Of a stretch of 64,000 nt of DNA, positions 10,514 to 20,534 are shown one piece after another. A model generated the notes under the pieces. The model made no database searches. It was not told the DNA's origin and worked only from the letters and a program-made list of their open reading frames with translations. A program made the translations under genes and the position numbers. Position 1 is the first letter of the stretch. Each line of letters begins with the position of its first letter. This stretch comes from Thermoproteota archaeon (GTDB lineage: Archaea > Korarchaeota > Korarchaeia > Korarchaeales > Korarchaeaceae), in NCBI GenBank assembly GCA_027492205.1, contig JAOZFN010000017.1:96001-160000 (forward strand), read 5' to 3'.

Positions 10514-11960
10514 TCACGGGAGCTCGCCCACTATTGGGAGGCTCCCTATCTGGTAGACCAGCTTGCCCCCCATCCTCACCTCCAGCTTGACCGCGGACCT
10601 GAGGGGTCCCTGGAACGTGAGGGTCACCACCGCCACCCGAGACGGGGGGAACGTTAACCTCTAGGGTGGTGCTGTTCAGGTACCTCCCGCCCATGATCGG
10701 GACGCCGGCGGTTATCGTCAGGTTCGCCCAGTCCTGCCCGAAGTTGGCCACGGTCACCACCACCGTCGCCACCTTGGCGGATGACTGCCAGATCACCCCC
10801 ACCCTGTTCCTGACGACGACGGGCATGGGGATGCTCTCAAGCTCGGGGAAGAGAAAGATCGGGTGCTCGTAGTCGAGGTACTCCGGCAGGAGGGGCTCCC
10901 CAAGCAGAAGGCCCGGCTGGGTGGCGTCTATGTAGTAGTACGTCGTCCCGTTCACGTCCCACCTGAGCCCCCTGCCCTCCTCAAGCGCGACGGCTACGCC
11001 CATGTGTCCCGCGGGGAATCCCGGCTTTCCCCAGACGATGACGAGGGCGACGTCGTACCCCATCTCCATGTACAGCGTCGCCAGGAGGATGGCGTGATCC
11101 TCGCAGTCGCCCCCGTAGTCCATCAGAGTCTCTATGGGGAACCTGGGGTACTCGCCCGACGCCATTATCACGTCCTTCTCCAGGTTGTAGGGTATGTGCT
11201 GGACGAAGGCTGCGAGGAATTCGAGGGTCTGAATCCCATTGTATCCATGGGACCTCGCCATGGAGAGGAGCTTGTTCAGGAGGCTCCTTATGTAGGGCCG
11301 GGAGAGGGGATCAGACGCCAGGACGGCCCAGTCCTCGTAGGGTATCTGATGCTCTGAGGAGACGTAGTACAGGTAGAGGTCCTTTGGGACGGTGAGTCCC
11401 ATGGAGAACTCCTGGCCTGCGTACGTCCACCTGAACTCCCTGCTGGCCACCTCGGCTGTCTTGTAGCCGAAGGGAGAGACCTCCGATATCCTGCTCGGGT
11501 AGAGTATCCAGTCCTGGTACCCTCCCTGTTCGAAGAGCATGACTGCCTGGTAGGTCTCGACCCTCGTGTGGCCCGCCAGGACCACGTAGTGCCTTCCGTC
11601 CACGTTCCTGATGAAGAAGTTGAGGTAGCCGGGCCTCTTCACGAGCAGTTCGCTCTCCAGGTCGGTCAGAATCCGGGACGATATCTCGCCGACTCCCTCG
11701 TAGGCCTCCGGACCCCCGAGGACGAATATCGCGGTCGCCAGATCCTCCACCTGATCCAGCCCTGAGGCAGAGACGACGACCACCTCTGCGCCCCTGCCGG
11801 AGAGGAACTGGGATAGGGCCTCGGCCGCCCTCGCGTCTGCCTCGTTGGAGACGATCACGGCCAGGGGGCCGGGTGTTCCGGCCCCCATGTGCGCCGTTGG
11901 CAGGAGGAACAGGAGGGTCAGCGCGAGGACCATCCCCATTCTCACAGGCGCGCGGCTCAT
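10514..11960 (-). CDS. Secreted transglutaminase-like cysteine-protease-fold protein; probable frameshift near 10640
   Basis: Signal peptide, S-layer-like N-domain (VLGGPEAYEG), FPIETL..GGDCEDHAILL, GHMGVAV, YYYIDAT; a protein-like C-terminus continues in a shifted frame to TGA at 10514-10516. Confidence 0.75.
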
Positions 11961-12058
11961 CAGGCTGATACGGGGGTGGGCCGCATTAACGATCGCTCGG
12001 CCCGTGCCCGGGGTCGGTAACCTTCTTTTCTGAGCAACCCGGGAGGCGGGGGTATTCC

Positions 12059-12802
12059 ATGTGCAGGATGATCGCCGCCATCTCGCCTTCGGCGATGCCC
12101 GTCTACGCGCCGCTCGAACTCGTCGATGCGCTCGGCCGCCTCGCGCTGCGCGGGAAGAGCAGTGACGGCCTGGGGCACCCCCACGGGTGGGGAATCCTCG
12201 GGCTCAGGAGGGGTCACGTGGTGGAGTACCACAGGTCTACCGAGCCGGCGTGGAGGGCGAGCCTCGACGAAGCCTTCAGGGCAGACCTCCTGATACTGCA
12301 CGCCCGAAAGGCGTCCAAGGGAGAGGTCAGGCTGGAGAACACCCATCCGCTGGTCAGACTCGTTGGCGGGAGGCTCTGGGGGCTGGCCCACAACGGAACC
12401 ATTCACGGGTGGGAGGGCCTGCTGGAGGAGGGTGAGAGGGGGGAGATGCTGGGAAGCACCGACACGGAGGCCCTCCTAATTCACCTGTCGAAGGCCGGAG
12501 ACCTTCAATCGGTGATGGAGAGACTCTCGGAGCTGAAGGACGACGTCGATCGCCTCGGAGTCGAATCGATCACGTGTCTGCTCACGGACGGGTCGTCCCT
12601 GCTTGCCTGCCGCGGGGCCTCGAAGAGGCAAGACTACTACACCCTCAGCTGGACCAGGAGGGAGTGGGAGGGCATCGAGTCTCTGGTGTTCTCATCCGAG
12701 CCCCTTGAGGGCTGGGGAGCCTGGACTCCCCTGAGGAATTGGTCCGGGCTGCTCGTCAGGCGCGTTGCAGGTGGATTGGAGGTCGACGATGTGGACCTCT
12801 GA
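12059..12802 (+). CDS. Class II glutamine amidotransferase family protein (YafJ/EgtC-like)
   Basis: N-terminal MCRM, HPHGWG, HARKAS, NTHP, AHNGTI, TDTE. Confidence 0.88.
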   Translation: MCRMIAAISPSAMPVYAPLELVDALGRLALRGKSSDGLGHPHGWGILGLRRGHVVEYHRSTEPAWRASLDEAFRADLLILHARKASKGEVRLENTHPLVRLVGGRLWGLAHNGTIHGWEGLLEEGERGEMLGSTDTEALLIHLSKAGDLQSVMERLSELKDDVDRLGVESITCLLTDGSSLLACRGASKRQDYYTLSWTRREWEGIESLVFSSEPLEGWGAWTPLRNWSGLLVRRVAGGLEVDDVDL

Positions 12803-12851
12803 CCCGACCCCGAGGGGCGCCGCGGGTCGGAGGGAGGGCGCTCTGGCCCGG

Positions 12852-13286
12852 TCACTCTCCGAGAACGGTGACCTTGACGCGCCGCTTCCGGGGACCGTCC
12901 AGCTCCACGAGGAGGACGGCCTGCCAGGTCCCGAGGTCGAGGTCCCCCGAGCTGACCGGGAGGGTGATCCCCGGCCGTATCATAGAGGACAGGATGTGGG
13001 CGTGCGCGTTCTGCTCCCCAGGCAGGCGGGAGTACTTGGCGTTGTGCCTGTAGTCGCCCTCCACGGGTACGAGCCTGGCGAGGGTCTCCAGGATGTCCTC
13101 CCACAGGTCCGGGTCGGGCTCGTTGACCGTCAGCGCGGCGGTGGTGTGCGGGACCCAGGCGCTCGCGAGCCCCTCGGAGATCCCGCTCTCCCTCACGAGC
13201 CGGCGGACTTCCCGGGTCACGTCGATGACCTCAAGCCTTCGGGAGGATCTCACGCTGACCTCTCCCCTCCAGAGCCTCAAGCTCAA
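12852..13286 (-). CDS. yjbQ: YjbQ/UPF0047 family protein
   Basis: PHTTAALTVNE, NAHAHI, LGTWQ..LLVELDGPR. Confidence 0.93.
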   Translation of the reverse strand: MSLRLWRGEVSVRSSRRLEVIDVTREVRRLVRESGISEGLASAWVPHTTAALTVNEPDPDLWEDILETLARLVPVEGDYRHNAKYSRLPGEQNAHAHILSSMIRPGITLPVSSGDLDLGTWQAVLLVELDGPRKRRVKVTVLGE

Positions 13287-13331
13287 CCCCAGGCGCGCGC
13301 CGGTCAGCCATTTTAACGACCGCGGGGGGAC

Positions 13332-14117
13332 ATGGTGAGGCGAGGTCGCTTGACCCGCATCGTCGACGTGGTGGGGGGGCTCCCGAGAACCGAGAGGATC
13401 TACCTCAGGGACTCCTACGCGAGAGAGTGCAGGTCAGAGGTGCTCAGGGTGGTCAGGGACCGGGGCGCAAAGAGGTATCTGGTGCTGGACAAGACCGTCT
13501 TCCACCCCCTGGAGGGGGGTCAGCCCAGCGACGGGGGTGAGATAGTCGGGGAGAGGTTCAGTCTCACGATGAAGAAGGCCCTGTCGTCCGGGGGCGTCGT
13601 GGCGCACTACGGCACCATAAGCGGCGAGGACCCACAGCCGGGAGACGCCGTCACCTGCCGACTGGACTGGGAGAGGCGCTACCTCATAATGAGGCTCCAC
13701 ACCGCCGGCCACATCCTAGACGCGGCCGTGAGCGAGGTCTTCGGAAGTCCGGTGAACACCCTCGGCGCTAACCACGGCCCACCGGAGGCCCACGTAGACT
13801 ACGCCGCGAGGCTCCCCTCGGAGGACGAGCTGGGCCGCATAGAGAGGATCGCGAGCGAGATCGTGTCCGACGACCTGGAGGTGAGGGTCAGGTTCGTCGT
13901 CCCGGAGGAGCTGGAGTCTTCCGCCTACAACGCCCCAAACCTCGACAGGCTCCCGGAGGCCCCAGTTTACAGGCTGGTAGAGATCCCCGGGAGGAACTCC
14001 ATCCCGTGCACGGGGACGCACGTCGCCAGGACCGGCGAGGTCGGGGGAGTCAGGGTGCTCGGGGCCGCGCCCCTGCGGGGTGGGTTCAGGCTCTCTTACT
14101 GGGTTACCCGGCCCTAG
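13332..14117 (+). CDS. alaXM: Alanyl-tRNA editing protein AlaX-M
   Basis: IYLRDSY, FHPLEGGQPSD, MRLHTAGHIL, PCTGTHV zinc motifs; start uncertain. Confidence 0.9.
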   Translation: MVRRGRLTRIVDVVGGLPRTERIYLRDSYARECRSEVLRVVRDRGAKRYLVLDKTVFHPLEGGQPSDGGEIVGERFSLTMKKALSSGGVVAHYGTISGEDPQPGDAVTCRLDWERRYLIMRLHTAGHILDAAVSEVFGSPVNTLGANHGPPEAHVDYAARLPSEDELGRIERIASEIVSDDLEVRVRFVVPEELESSAYNAPNLDRLPEAPVYRLVEIPGRNSIPCTGTHVARTGEVGGVRVLGAAPLRGGFRLSYWVTRP

Positions 14118-14153
14118 CTGCAGGCCCTTCGACGGACCTCAAGCCGCCAACGA

Positions 14154-14813
14154 TTGCCTGAAGGTCCTCCGCCTACGGACTGTCGCGCCTTAAAGAGAGG
14201 GCGGGCCGGGCATCAGGCTTTGCCCGGCCGAGGAGTCGTTGAGGTCGTATCGGTGGCGCTGTCTCCCGCCACCATGGGCGTCGTCGCGGCGGTCGCCCTC
14301 GCCAGCGGGGGCTGGTCCGAGCTGGCGGTGGCCCCCGCGCTCGGGTTCCTGATGGGCGTGGCCTTCCTAAGCATCCTCCCAATGGCCCCAATCGCGGTCG
14401 AAGACGGCGTTTACGGCCTGATGAGTCAGAGGCTCGAGAGCGAGGAGAAGAGGATCGCGGTTCTAACGTGGTCAGCCCCAGTCTACGCCGGGGGATCCGT
14501 CGCGTTCGTTGCGGTGGGTTGGGACAGCATGGCGTACCTCGCGGCGTGCTACGCCGTAGCCTCCGCCCTGCTGGCGGCGATCACGCTGAGGCTCAGGGTC
14601 AGCCTCCACGCCGCCGGAGTCTCGCTCCCCGCCGTCGCCCTCGCCCTGATGAGGGGCCTCCCCTGGTCCGCGCTCCTTCTCCTCCTCCCGGCAGTCGCCT
14701 GGGCAAGGATCAGGGCGGGCGTCCACACGCCCCGTCAGGTGGCGGTAGGCGCCGTGGCCGGGGGACTCGTCCCGCTGGCCCTGTGGCTCCTCCTACTCAG
14801 ACCTCACCCTTGA
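14154..14813 (+). CDS. PAP2-superfamily membrane protein
   Basis: Multiple TM helices, VSLHAAG and WARIRAGVHT..QV..G motifs; true start probably downstream. Confidence 0.7.
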   Translation: MPEGPPPTDCRALKRGRAGHQALPGRGVVEVVSVALSPATMGVVAAVALASGGWSELAVAPALGFLMGVAFLSILPMAPIAVEDGVYGLMSQRLESEEKRIAVLTWSAPVYAGGSVAFVAVGWDSMAYLAACYAVASALLAAITLRLRVSLHAAGVSLPAVALALMRGLPWSALLLLLPAVAWARIRAGVHTPRQVAVGAVAGGLVPLALWLLLLRPHP

Positions 14814-15884
14814 GACGTAGGCGCAGGCGAGCAGCACGCCTAGAACGAGCGGGTCAAGTCCCGTCTCAACCGCCACCGTGAGGTACGCCAGCGCGAGCGC
14901 GCCGGACGATCCCTCCCCCGAGTCCCTTAGGGCTACCCCTACGGCCAGGGCCTCCAGCGGAGCCAAGAGGCCGAAGTCTCCCACGGGTTGGCCCATGATG
15001 AAGTAGGTGTACCTGGTGGCCCCCCTGCCGAACAGCCTCGCCACCTCCCTTCGGGGGTCTGTGGAGACCAGCAGGCTCCCGTGGAACAGACCCCAGGGGA
15101 GGCTGTTCAGGGCGATAGTCTCGTACACCCAGTAGGTGAAGGAGGCCCTGCTTACCACGCCGAGGGGGTCCGGCTTCCCCGCTATCCCCCTCATCGCGCC
15201 CAATGCCGCGCCCCCAACCGCCACCACGGCCGCAAACGTGAGGAGCCTCCTCCAGCTGCCTGAACTCCCGCGCGGGGCCGCCCAAGCCAGGGCAGGGAGG
15301 ATCGCGTACGATCGGAACCCCGTAAGGAGCCCCAAGGCTGAGGAAGTTGCCGCCAGCGGGGCGCTACCGGATAGGACGGTGGCAGAGGTAAGGAGGAGCG
15401 TGGCCAGTCCAAACACCCGAGAAACGTCTCCCGCTCGACTAGCGCCCTCTTGTATTAGTGGAAGCCCAAAGGCGACGGCCCCCGCCGAGTAGACAACTAA
15501 TCCGGCAGCCAAGGCCAAGAGGGCGTTTGAGGGAGATCGGGTCCTGGCCGACCTGATCCTCTCCTCCAGAGGTCTTCTGACGGCCGCGAAGGCCAAGGTC
15601 AGGAGGGTCACGAGCGCAAGGCCCGCGGGGGATCTGCCAAGCGTCCCCAGGGCCAGGAGCGAGATCGCCGCGGCGTAGGTCCAGCCGGGAGGTGAGGGCA
15701 CCAGCGCGTAGCCGGCGGCCAGCGCGGCCCACCCCGCCAGAGCCAGCAGGAGGGGGAGGGGCTCCAGCGGACGCCCTGTGAGGGCAGCCCCGAGGGAGGC
15801 CAGGGCTAGGTATCCGAAGAAGAGGAGGGAGAGGAGGGTCAGGGAGTTGGGGCGTATCGATTCCCCCCTCCCCCTCCCGAGCAT
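14793..15884 (-). CDS. Polytopic membrane protein, oligosaccharide repeat unit polymerase (Wzy-like) family
   Basis: About 10 hydrophobic segments; LTGFRS and RYTYFIMGQPVGDFG motifs; start reset to ATG 15884. Confidence 0.6.
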   Translation of the reverse strand: MLGRGRGESIRPNSLTLLSLLFFGYLALASLGAALTGRPLEPLPLLLALAGWAALAAGYALVPSPPGWTYAAAISLLALGTLGRSPAGLALVTLLTLAFAAVRRPLEERIRSARTRSPSNALLALAAGLVVYSAGAVAFGLPLIQEGASRAGDVSRVFGLATLLLTSATVLSGSAPLAATSSALGLLTGFRSYAILPALAWAAPRGSSGSWRRLLTFAAVVAVGGAALGAMRGIAGKPDPLGVVSRASFTYWVYETIALNSLPWGLFHGSLLVSTDPRREVARLFGRGATRYTYFIMGQPVGDFGLLAPLEALAVGVALRDSGEGSSGALALAYLTVAVETGLDPLVLGVLLACAYVSRVRSE

Positions 15885-15922
15885 CCGCCCACCTCTCCCG
15901 CCCCTGGCGCCGCGGGCCCGGC

Positions 15923-16993
15923 CTACAGCCTTATGGCCAGGGTCAGCTCGGGGGACGCGTAGACCTTGATCGGCTTCCCGACGGGCACCTCCTCGTCCGG
16001 GTCGACCTCTATGACGAAGGGCGCGTCCCCGGCCCTGGCCTGGACCCTCAGGGAGTTCCCCAGGAAGGACACGTGGTAGACCTCCACCTCGAACTCGTTC
16101 GAGTCCCATGTCTCCGGGGCCAGCTCGAACGACTCGGGCCTTACCATGACCAAGACCCTGTCACCCACATCTGGATTGGCCTCGGGGTGCGATGGAACTG
16201 CCAGAACCTCCTTCTCGATGGCCTCCAGCCTCACCCTCAGCCTCTCACCATCCTTCGCGACGACCTCCCCGTAGAGGAACGTGCCCTGCCCGATGAACCT
16301 CGCCACGAACTCGTTCTTCGGGTGCTTGTAGATCTCCTGCGGGGTACCGATCTGCATGACCCTGCCCTGGTTCATGACCGCGATCCTGTCGGAGATGCTC
16401 ATGGCCTCCTCCTGGTCGTGGGTGACGTAGAGCGTCGTTATCCCGAGCTCCCTCTGGAGCCTCTTCAGCTCGGCCCTCATCTCTATCCTGAGCTTGGCGT
16501 CGAGGTTGCTGAGGGGCTCGTCGAACAGCAGCACCTTCGGGTTGATGACTATGGCCCTCGCCAGCGCGACCCTCTGCTGCTGCCCGCCTGAGAGCTGGTG
16601 TGGCGTCCTGTTCTCCATCCCCTCGAGCTTGACGAGCTTGAGGACCTCCATCACCCTCCTCCTGATCTCCTCCTTCTTGTACCCCCTGATCTTGAGTCCG
16701 TAGGCGATGTTGTCGAAGACGTTCATGTGGGGCCACAGTGCGTAGTTCTGGAACACCATCCCCGTGTCCCTCTTGTGGGGCGGGACCTCGGTGACCTCCT
16801 GATCGTCGAAGTAGACCTTCCCCTCGTCCGGGAGCTCAAGCCCGGCTATGCAGCGGAGGAAGGTGGTCTTGCCGCATCCGCTGGGGCCCAGCAGCGTGAA
16901 GAACTCGCCGTGCTGGATCTCGAGGCTGACGTGGTCGACCGCCACGACCTCCCCGAAGCGCTTCGTAAGATCGACGGTCCGTATCTTTACCAT
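15923..16993 (-). CDS. ABC transporter ATP-binding protein (FbpC/AfuC/PotA type, TOBE domain)
   Basis: GPSGCGKT, VFQNYALWPHM, LSGGQQQR, DEPLSNLD, YVTHDQEEA. Confidence 0.93.
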   Translation of the reverse strand: MVKIRTVDLTKRFGEVVAVDHVSLEIQHGEFFTLLGPSGCGKTTFLRCIAGLELPDEGKVYFDDQEVTEVPPHKRDTGMVFQNYALWPHMNVFDNIAYGLKIRGYKKEEIRRRVMEVLKLVKLEGMENRTPHQLSGGQQQRVALARAIVINPKVLLFDEPLSNLDAKLRIEMRAELKRLQRELGITTLYVTHDQEEAMSISDRIAVMNQGRVMQIGTPQEIYKHPKNEFVARFIGQGTFLYGEVVAKDGERLRVRLEAIEKEVLAVPSHPEANPDVGDRVLVMVRPESFELAPETWDSNEFEVEVYHVSFLGNSLRVQARAGDAPFVIEVDPDEEVPVGKPIKVYASPELTLAIRL

Positions 16994-17003
16994 GCGATCA
17001 CCC

Positions 17004-18899
17004 TCAGACTCCTATCAGGGCCGTCGCCCGCCTCCTCAGCAATAAGTTTGCACCGACTATGAAGACGAACTGCAGGCCCATGAGCATGAAGCCCATCGCC
17101 GCGGGCTGGGCCAGGCCGCCGGCCAGGCCGTGGAACAGCATGTCGTACATCTTCCAGGTCATGGGGGCGTCCCTGTGGTTCGCGTCTCCCACCACTATCC
17201 CGGTGCTGACCTCGGACATGGAGTAGATGAAGGACAGCATCCCGCCGGCGAGGACGTTGAGCGCGATCAGCGGCAGGATTATTGTGAAGAAGGTCCTTGT
17301 CCTGCTGGCCCCCACGGTCCACGCGACCTCGTCCAGGGCCTTGTCGGTCTGCTCCAGCCCCGAGAACACCGATCGAACGGTGAACGGGATCTTCCTGACC
17401 GTGTATGAGGCTATGAGGAGCGGCGCCCCGCTTATGGTCGGGCTGAGGGGCGTCCCGAGGTACGTGAGGAAGAGGCCCGTCGCCACCGCAATGCCCGGGA
17501 CCGCTATGGGCAGGGTGACGAGCAGGTCCAGGGCCTCTATGCCGGGCACCCCCTTCTTCCTGGACACCAGGTAGGCCGCGCTCACGCCGAGGATCACCAT
17601 GAACACCGTGGCTATCCCAGAGTAGACCAGGCTGTTCACTATGCTTCTCCTGGCCTGCTCGTCTGCCAGGACGGCCTTGAAGTTGTTCAGCGTGTAGCTC
17701 TCGGGCAGGATCGTGGTACCCCACTCCTTGGAGAACGCGAGGAGCGTCACCCCGATGTGCGGCAGGGTGGCGAAGAAGAGGACGGCGAAGACGAACACGT
17801 AGACGAGCGCGACGGTCTTGTTGGATAGCCTCCGCCTCCTGGGCCTCCATATCCCTCCCTTGCCGAGCATGGCGTACCGCCTGAGGCTCACGTACCTCCT
17901 GACGGCCACGAACACGACCGCCGATATGACCAGGAGTATGAGCGCCAGCGTAGTGGCCTCCTGCGAGATCAGCCCGGCTGGGGTGAATATCCTGTTGAAT
18001 ATCTGGAAGGTGAGGACCTTCTCGGCGACGGTCCCCTTGAACACTATTGGGGTGCCCAGGTCCTCCAGTGCCAGGATGAAGACCAGGAGGGCGCCGGCCT
18101 CGACTCCTGGGGTCGCCAGCGGGAGGGTTATCGTCCTGAAGAGGCGGAACCCGCTCGCCCCCATGTTTATTGCCTGCTCCTCGAGCGAGGGATCCAGGCT
18201 TATCAGGGCCGTGTAGGCGTTCAGCATGACTATCGGGTAGAATATGAGGGTCTGGACCATTATCACGGCCGGCAGGCCGGTGATCTCCACCTTGAAGGGG
18301 ATCGCCCGCAGGATGTCGTGGAACAGGACGTTGAGCACCCCGTCGGCGACTATCATCCTCTTGAGCCCGATGGCGCCGACGAAGGGGGTGGAGAGGAGCG
18401 GTATGAGGGAGATTATCCTGAGGGCCTCGGCCCCGGGAAACTTGTACTTGGCGAAGATGAAGGCCAGCGTGAATCCCAAGACGGTGGAGAGGATTGCCGT
18501 CGAGGTGGCGACGACCAGCGAGTTCACCAGTACGCCGAAGTCCCACCCGGTTATGTAGATGATCTTGACGACCTCTCCCGTGGGCCTGGTGTACTCCACG
18601 ACGTGGTAGAGGCTGCCCCTGACTCCCTCCAGGGAGATGAATGGGAAGTCGCTCGTCAGGTGGACCCTCAGGGGGAAGTAGTAGTCGTCAGTCAGTACGA
18701 GCCTCAGGGAGTCGAGCGTGAACCCGCCGGAGGTGTAGAACGACCTGACGATGACCATCCCCAGCGGGATCAGCATGAAGGCGGCGAACGCCGCAAGGAC
18801 TATGAAGAGCTGGCTCCACGAGAAGGGGTCCATCTCCCACTTGAGCCTTCTCAACGACCTCTTCAGCCTCTCCTCCAGCCCCTCGGCCCGAGAACCCAT
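17004..18899 (-). CDS. ABC transporter permease, fused two-domain FbpB/AfuB type
   Basis: Two EAA-like loops (SLEEQAINMGAS, ALDEVAWTVGAS), EDLGTP; start reset to ATG 18899. Confidence 0.9.
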   Translation of the reverse strand: MGSRAEGLEERLKRSLRRLKWEMDPFSWSQLFIVLAAFAAFMLIPLGMVIVRSFYTSGGFTLDSLRLVLTDDYYFPLRVHLTSDFPFISLEGVRGSLYHVVEYTRPTGEVVKIIYITGWDFGVLVNSLVVATSTAILSTVLGFTLAFIFAKYKFPGAEALRIISLIPLLSTPFVGAIGLKRMIVADGVLNVLFHDILRAIPFKVEITGLPAVIMVQTLIFYPIVMLNAYTALISLDPSLEEQAINMGASGFRLFRTITLPLATPGVEAGALLVFILALEDLGTPIVFKGTVAEKVLTFQIFNRIFTPAGLISQEATTLALILLVISAVVFVAVRRYVSLRRYAMLGKGGIWRPRRRRLSNKTVALVYVFVFAVLFFATLPHIGVTLLAFSKEWGTTILPESYTLNNFKAVLADEQARRSIVNSLVYSGIATVFMVILGVSAAYLVSRKKGVPGIEALDLLVTLPIAVPGIAVATGLFLTYLGTPLSPTISGAPLLIASYTVRKIPFTVRSVFSGLEQTDKALDEVAWTVGASRTRTFFTIILPLIALNVLAGGMLSFIYSMSEVSTGIVVGDANHRDAPMTWKMYDMLFHGLAGGLAQPAAMGFMLMGLQFVFIVGANLLLRRRATALIGV

Positions 18900-18973
18900 C
18901 GCACCACCACCGGCCTGAGTCCAAGGAGGACCCGCGTCGTGAGGAATAAAAAGAGGGTGAGGGTGAGTCCGGT

Positions 18974-20380
18974 TCACGGCTCGGGTATCTGCTCGTAGAT
19001 CGCCTCGTACCTCTGGAGGGCCGCGTCCCTCCAGAGGGCCTGCATCTGGGAGGCGAACGCCGGATCGGTCTTCATGCGCTCGTTGATCTGCTTGGCGAAC
19101 TCCAGCGTGAAGGTCATCTGCTGCCCGTTCTCCTCCCAGGACAGCGGCTTTCCTAACTCGTGGGCGAACTGCTCGAACTGCTCCTCAGTGATCTTCCCTG
19201 CCTCGTAGGCGTCGACCAGCTTCTTCCAGACCCTGACGAGTTCGTCGTGCCTGTCGCACAGCACCGCGTCGAAGTAGTAGGCGACGGAGAAGTACACCTG
19301 GCCGGCGAGGCTCTCGTCGAACTCAATCGTCTGGAGGTTGATGGTCTCGTTGAACTTCTCGTAGAGGTCGGTCCTCTGCCTGCCCTCCGGGGTCTGGAAA
19401 ACCTTCGGGGATATCGGGAGCCTGTTCACCTTGGGGTCGAGCCAGATCTTCTGGCCATCGGTGAGAACCCACCTTATGAAGGCCTGCGCGGCCTCCGGGT
19501 GCTCGGACGTGGCGCAGAGCGCTATCGGATCGCCGTTGACGATGCTGTTGGGCGGGGTCACGTAGACGAAGTCTGGAGACTTGGTCTGCAGCTCGTAGCC
19601 GTAGAAGTCTATCATGATCCCTATGGGAACCTCCCCCGTCTGGACGGCGAACTGGGCCTCCACAGACCCGCCGTAGGGCCTTCCGTTGGCGGCGAGCCTG
19701 GTGAGCAGCACCCAGCCGTCCTCCCAGCCGTATGCCTGCAGGATGATCTGATAGATCCTGGAGTGGGAGGTCGAGGTGGTGGACCTCGCGAAGGATATCG
19801 CGGGCATCGGGAGCATCTTGGCGTACACGGGGCTGGCCAGGTCGTCCCACGTCGCGGGCTCGGGCAGCCCCCTCTCGGCGAGCTGCTTCTTGTTGTAGGT
19901 GAATCCGAAGGACGAGATGGCGGCCGCGACCCAGGTGACCTGACCGTCGTCGTACCTCTTCATGGCGGACCCGCTTATCGTGTCTGGGATCTCCGAGATC
20001 ACTTGGAGGAGCTCTGGGTCGGTCATCGGCTGCAGGAGTCCCTTGTCGGCCAGGTCGTTGAAGACGGTGGGGCCCCCGCCCCACGCCACGTCGATCCTCT
20101 CCTTCTTGATCACGTCCGGCCACAGGGCCGCGTTCGGGCCGTAGAAGCGGATGTCGACTATGTTGTACTGCCTGGCCAGGTCGGACTTGAGAAACTCCTC
20201 CTTAGTCAGCAGCCAAATGGTGCTGGCGTGCCTGGTTATCACCTTCAGGGTGATACCCTGCTTGGACGGTCCGGCGGTCGGGGTGGGCCCGGCGCCTCCC
20301 CCTCCCCTCGTGAGGAAGAGGGCCGCGCCTATAAGTACGATGACGACCGCCAGGATGGCCACCAAGTACTTGGCTCCCAA
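18974..20380 (-). CDS. ABC transporter substrate-binding protein (AfuA/FbpA-like, archaeal type)
   Basis: N-terminal TM anchor, ITRH, DVAWGGG, SSFG, P.TWDDL, IDFYG, NGDPIA. Confidence 0.88.
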   Translation of the reverse strand: MGAKYLVAILAVVIVLIGAALFLTRGGGGAGPTPTAGPSKQGITLKVITRHASTIWLLTKEEFLKSDLARQYNIVDIRFYGPNAALWPDVIKKERIDVAWGGGPTVFNDLADKGLLQPMTDPELLQVISEIPDTISGSAMKRYDDGQVTWVAAAISSFGFTYNKKQLAERGLPEPATWDDLASPVYAKMLPMPAISFARSTTSTSHSRIYQIILQAYGWEDGWVLLTRLAANGRPYGGSVEAQFAVQTGEVPIGIMIDFYGYELQTKSPDFVYVTPPNSIVNGDPIALCATSEHPEAAQAFIRWVLTDGQKIWLDPKVNRLPISPKVFQTPEGRQRTDLYEKFNETINLQTIEFDESLAGQVYFSVAYYFDAVLCDRHDELVRVWKKLVDAYEAGKITEEQFEQFAHELGKPLSWEENGQQMTFTLEFAKQINERMKTDPAFASQMQALWRDAALQRYEAIYEQIPEP

Positions 20381-20534
20381 GACTCACCACCCCGCAGACG
20401 AGGATCAGCTGCACGCCTCCACTATAAAGGCGCCCTTCCGGGTCTCTCTGGGAGGGGCCCTTTCGACCTACCCGCACGCTCGGGAGACCTGAAAAGGAAC
20501 AGCGAGTAGAAAGAAAATAGGAGGGGGGAGGCCC

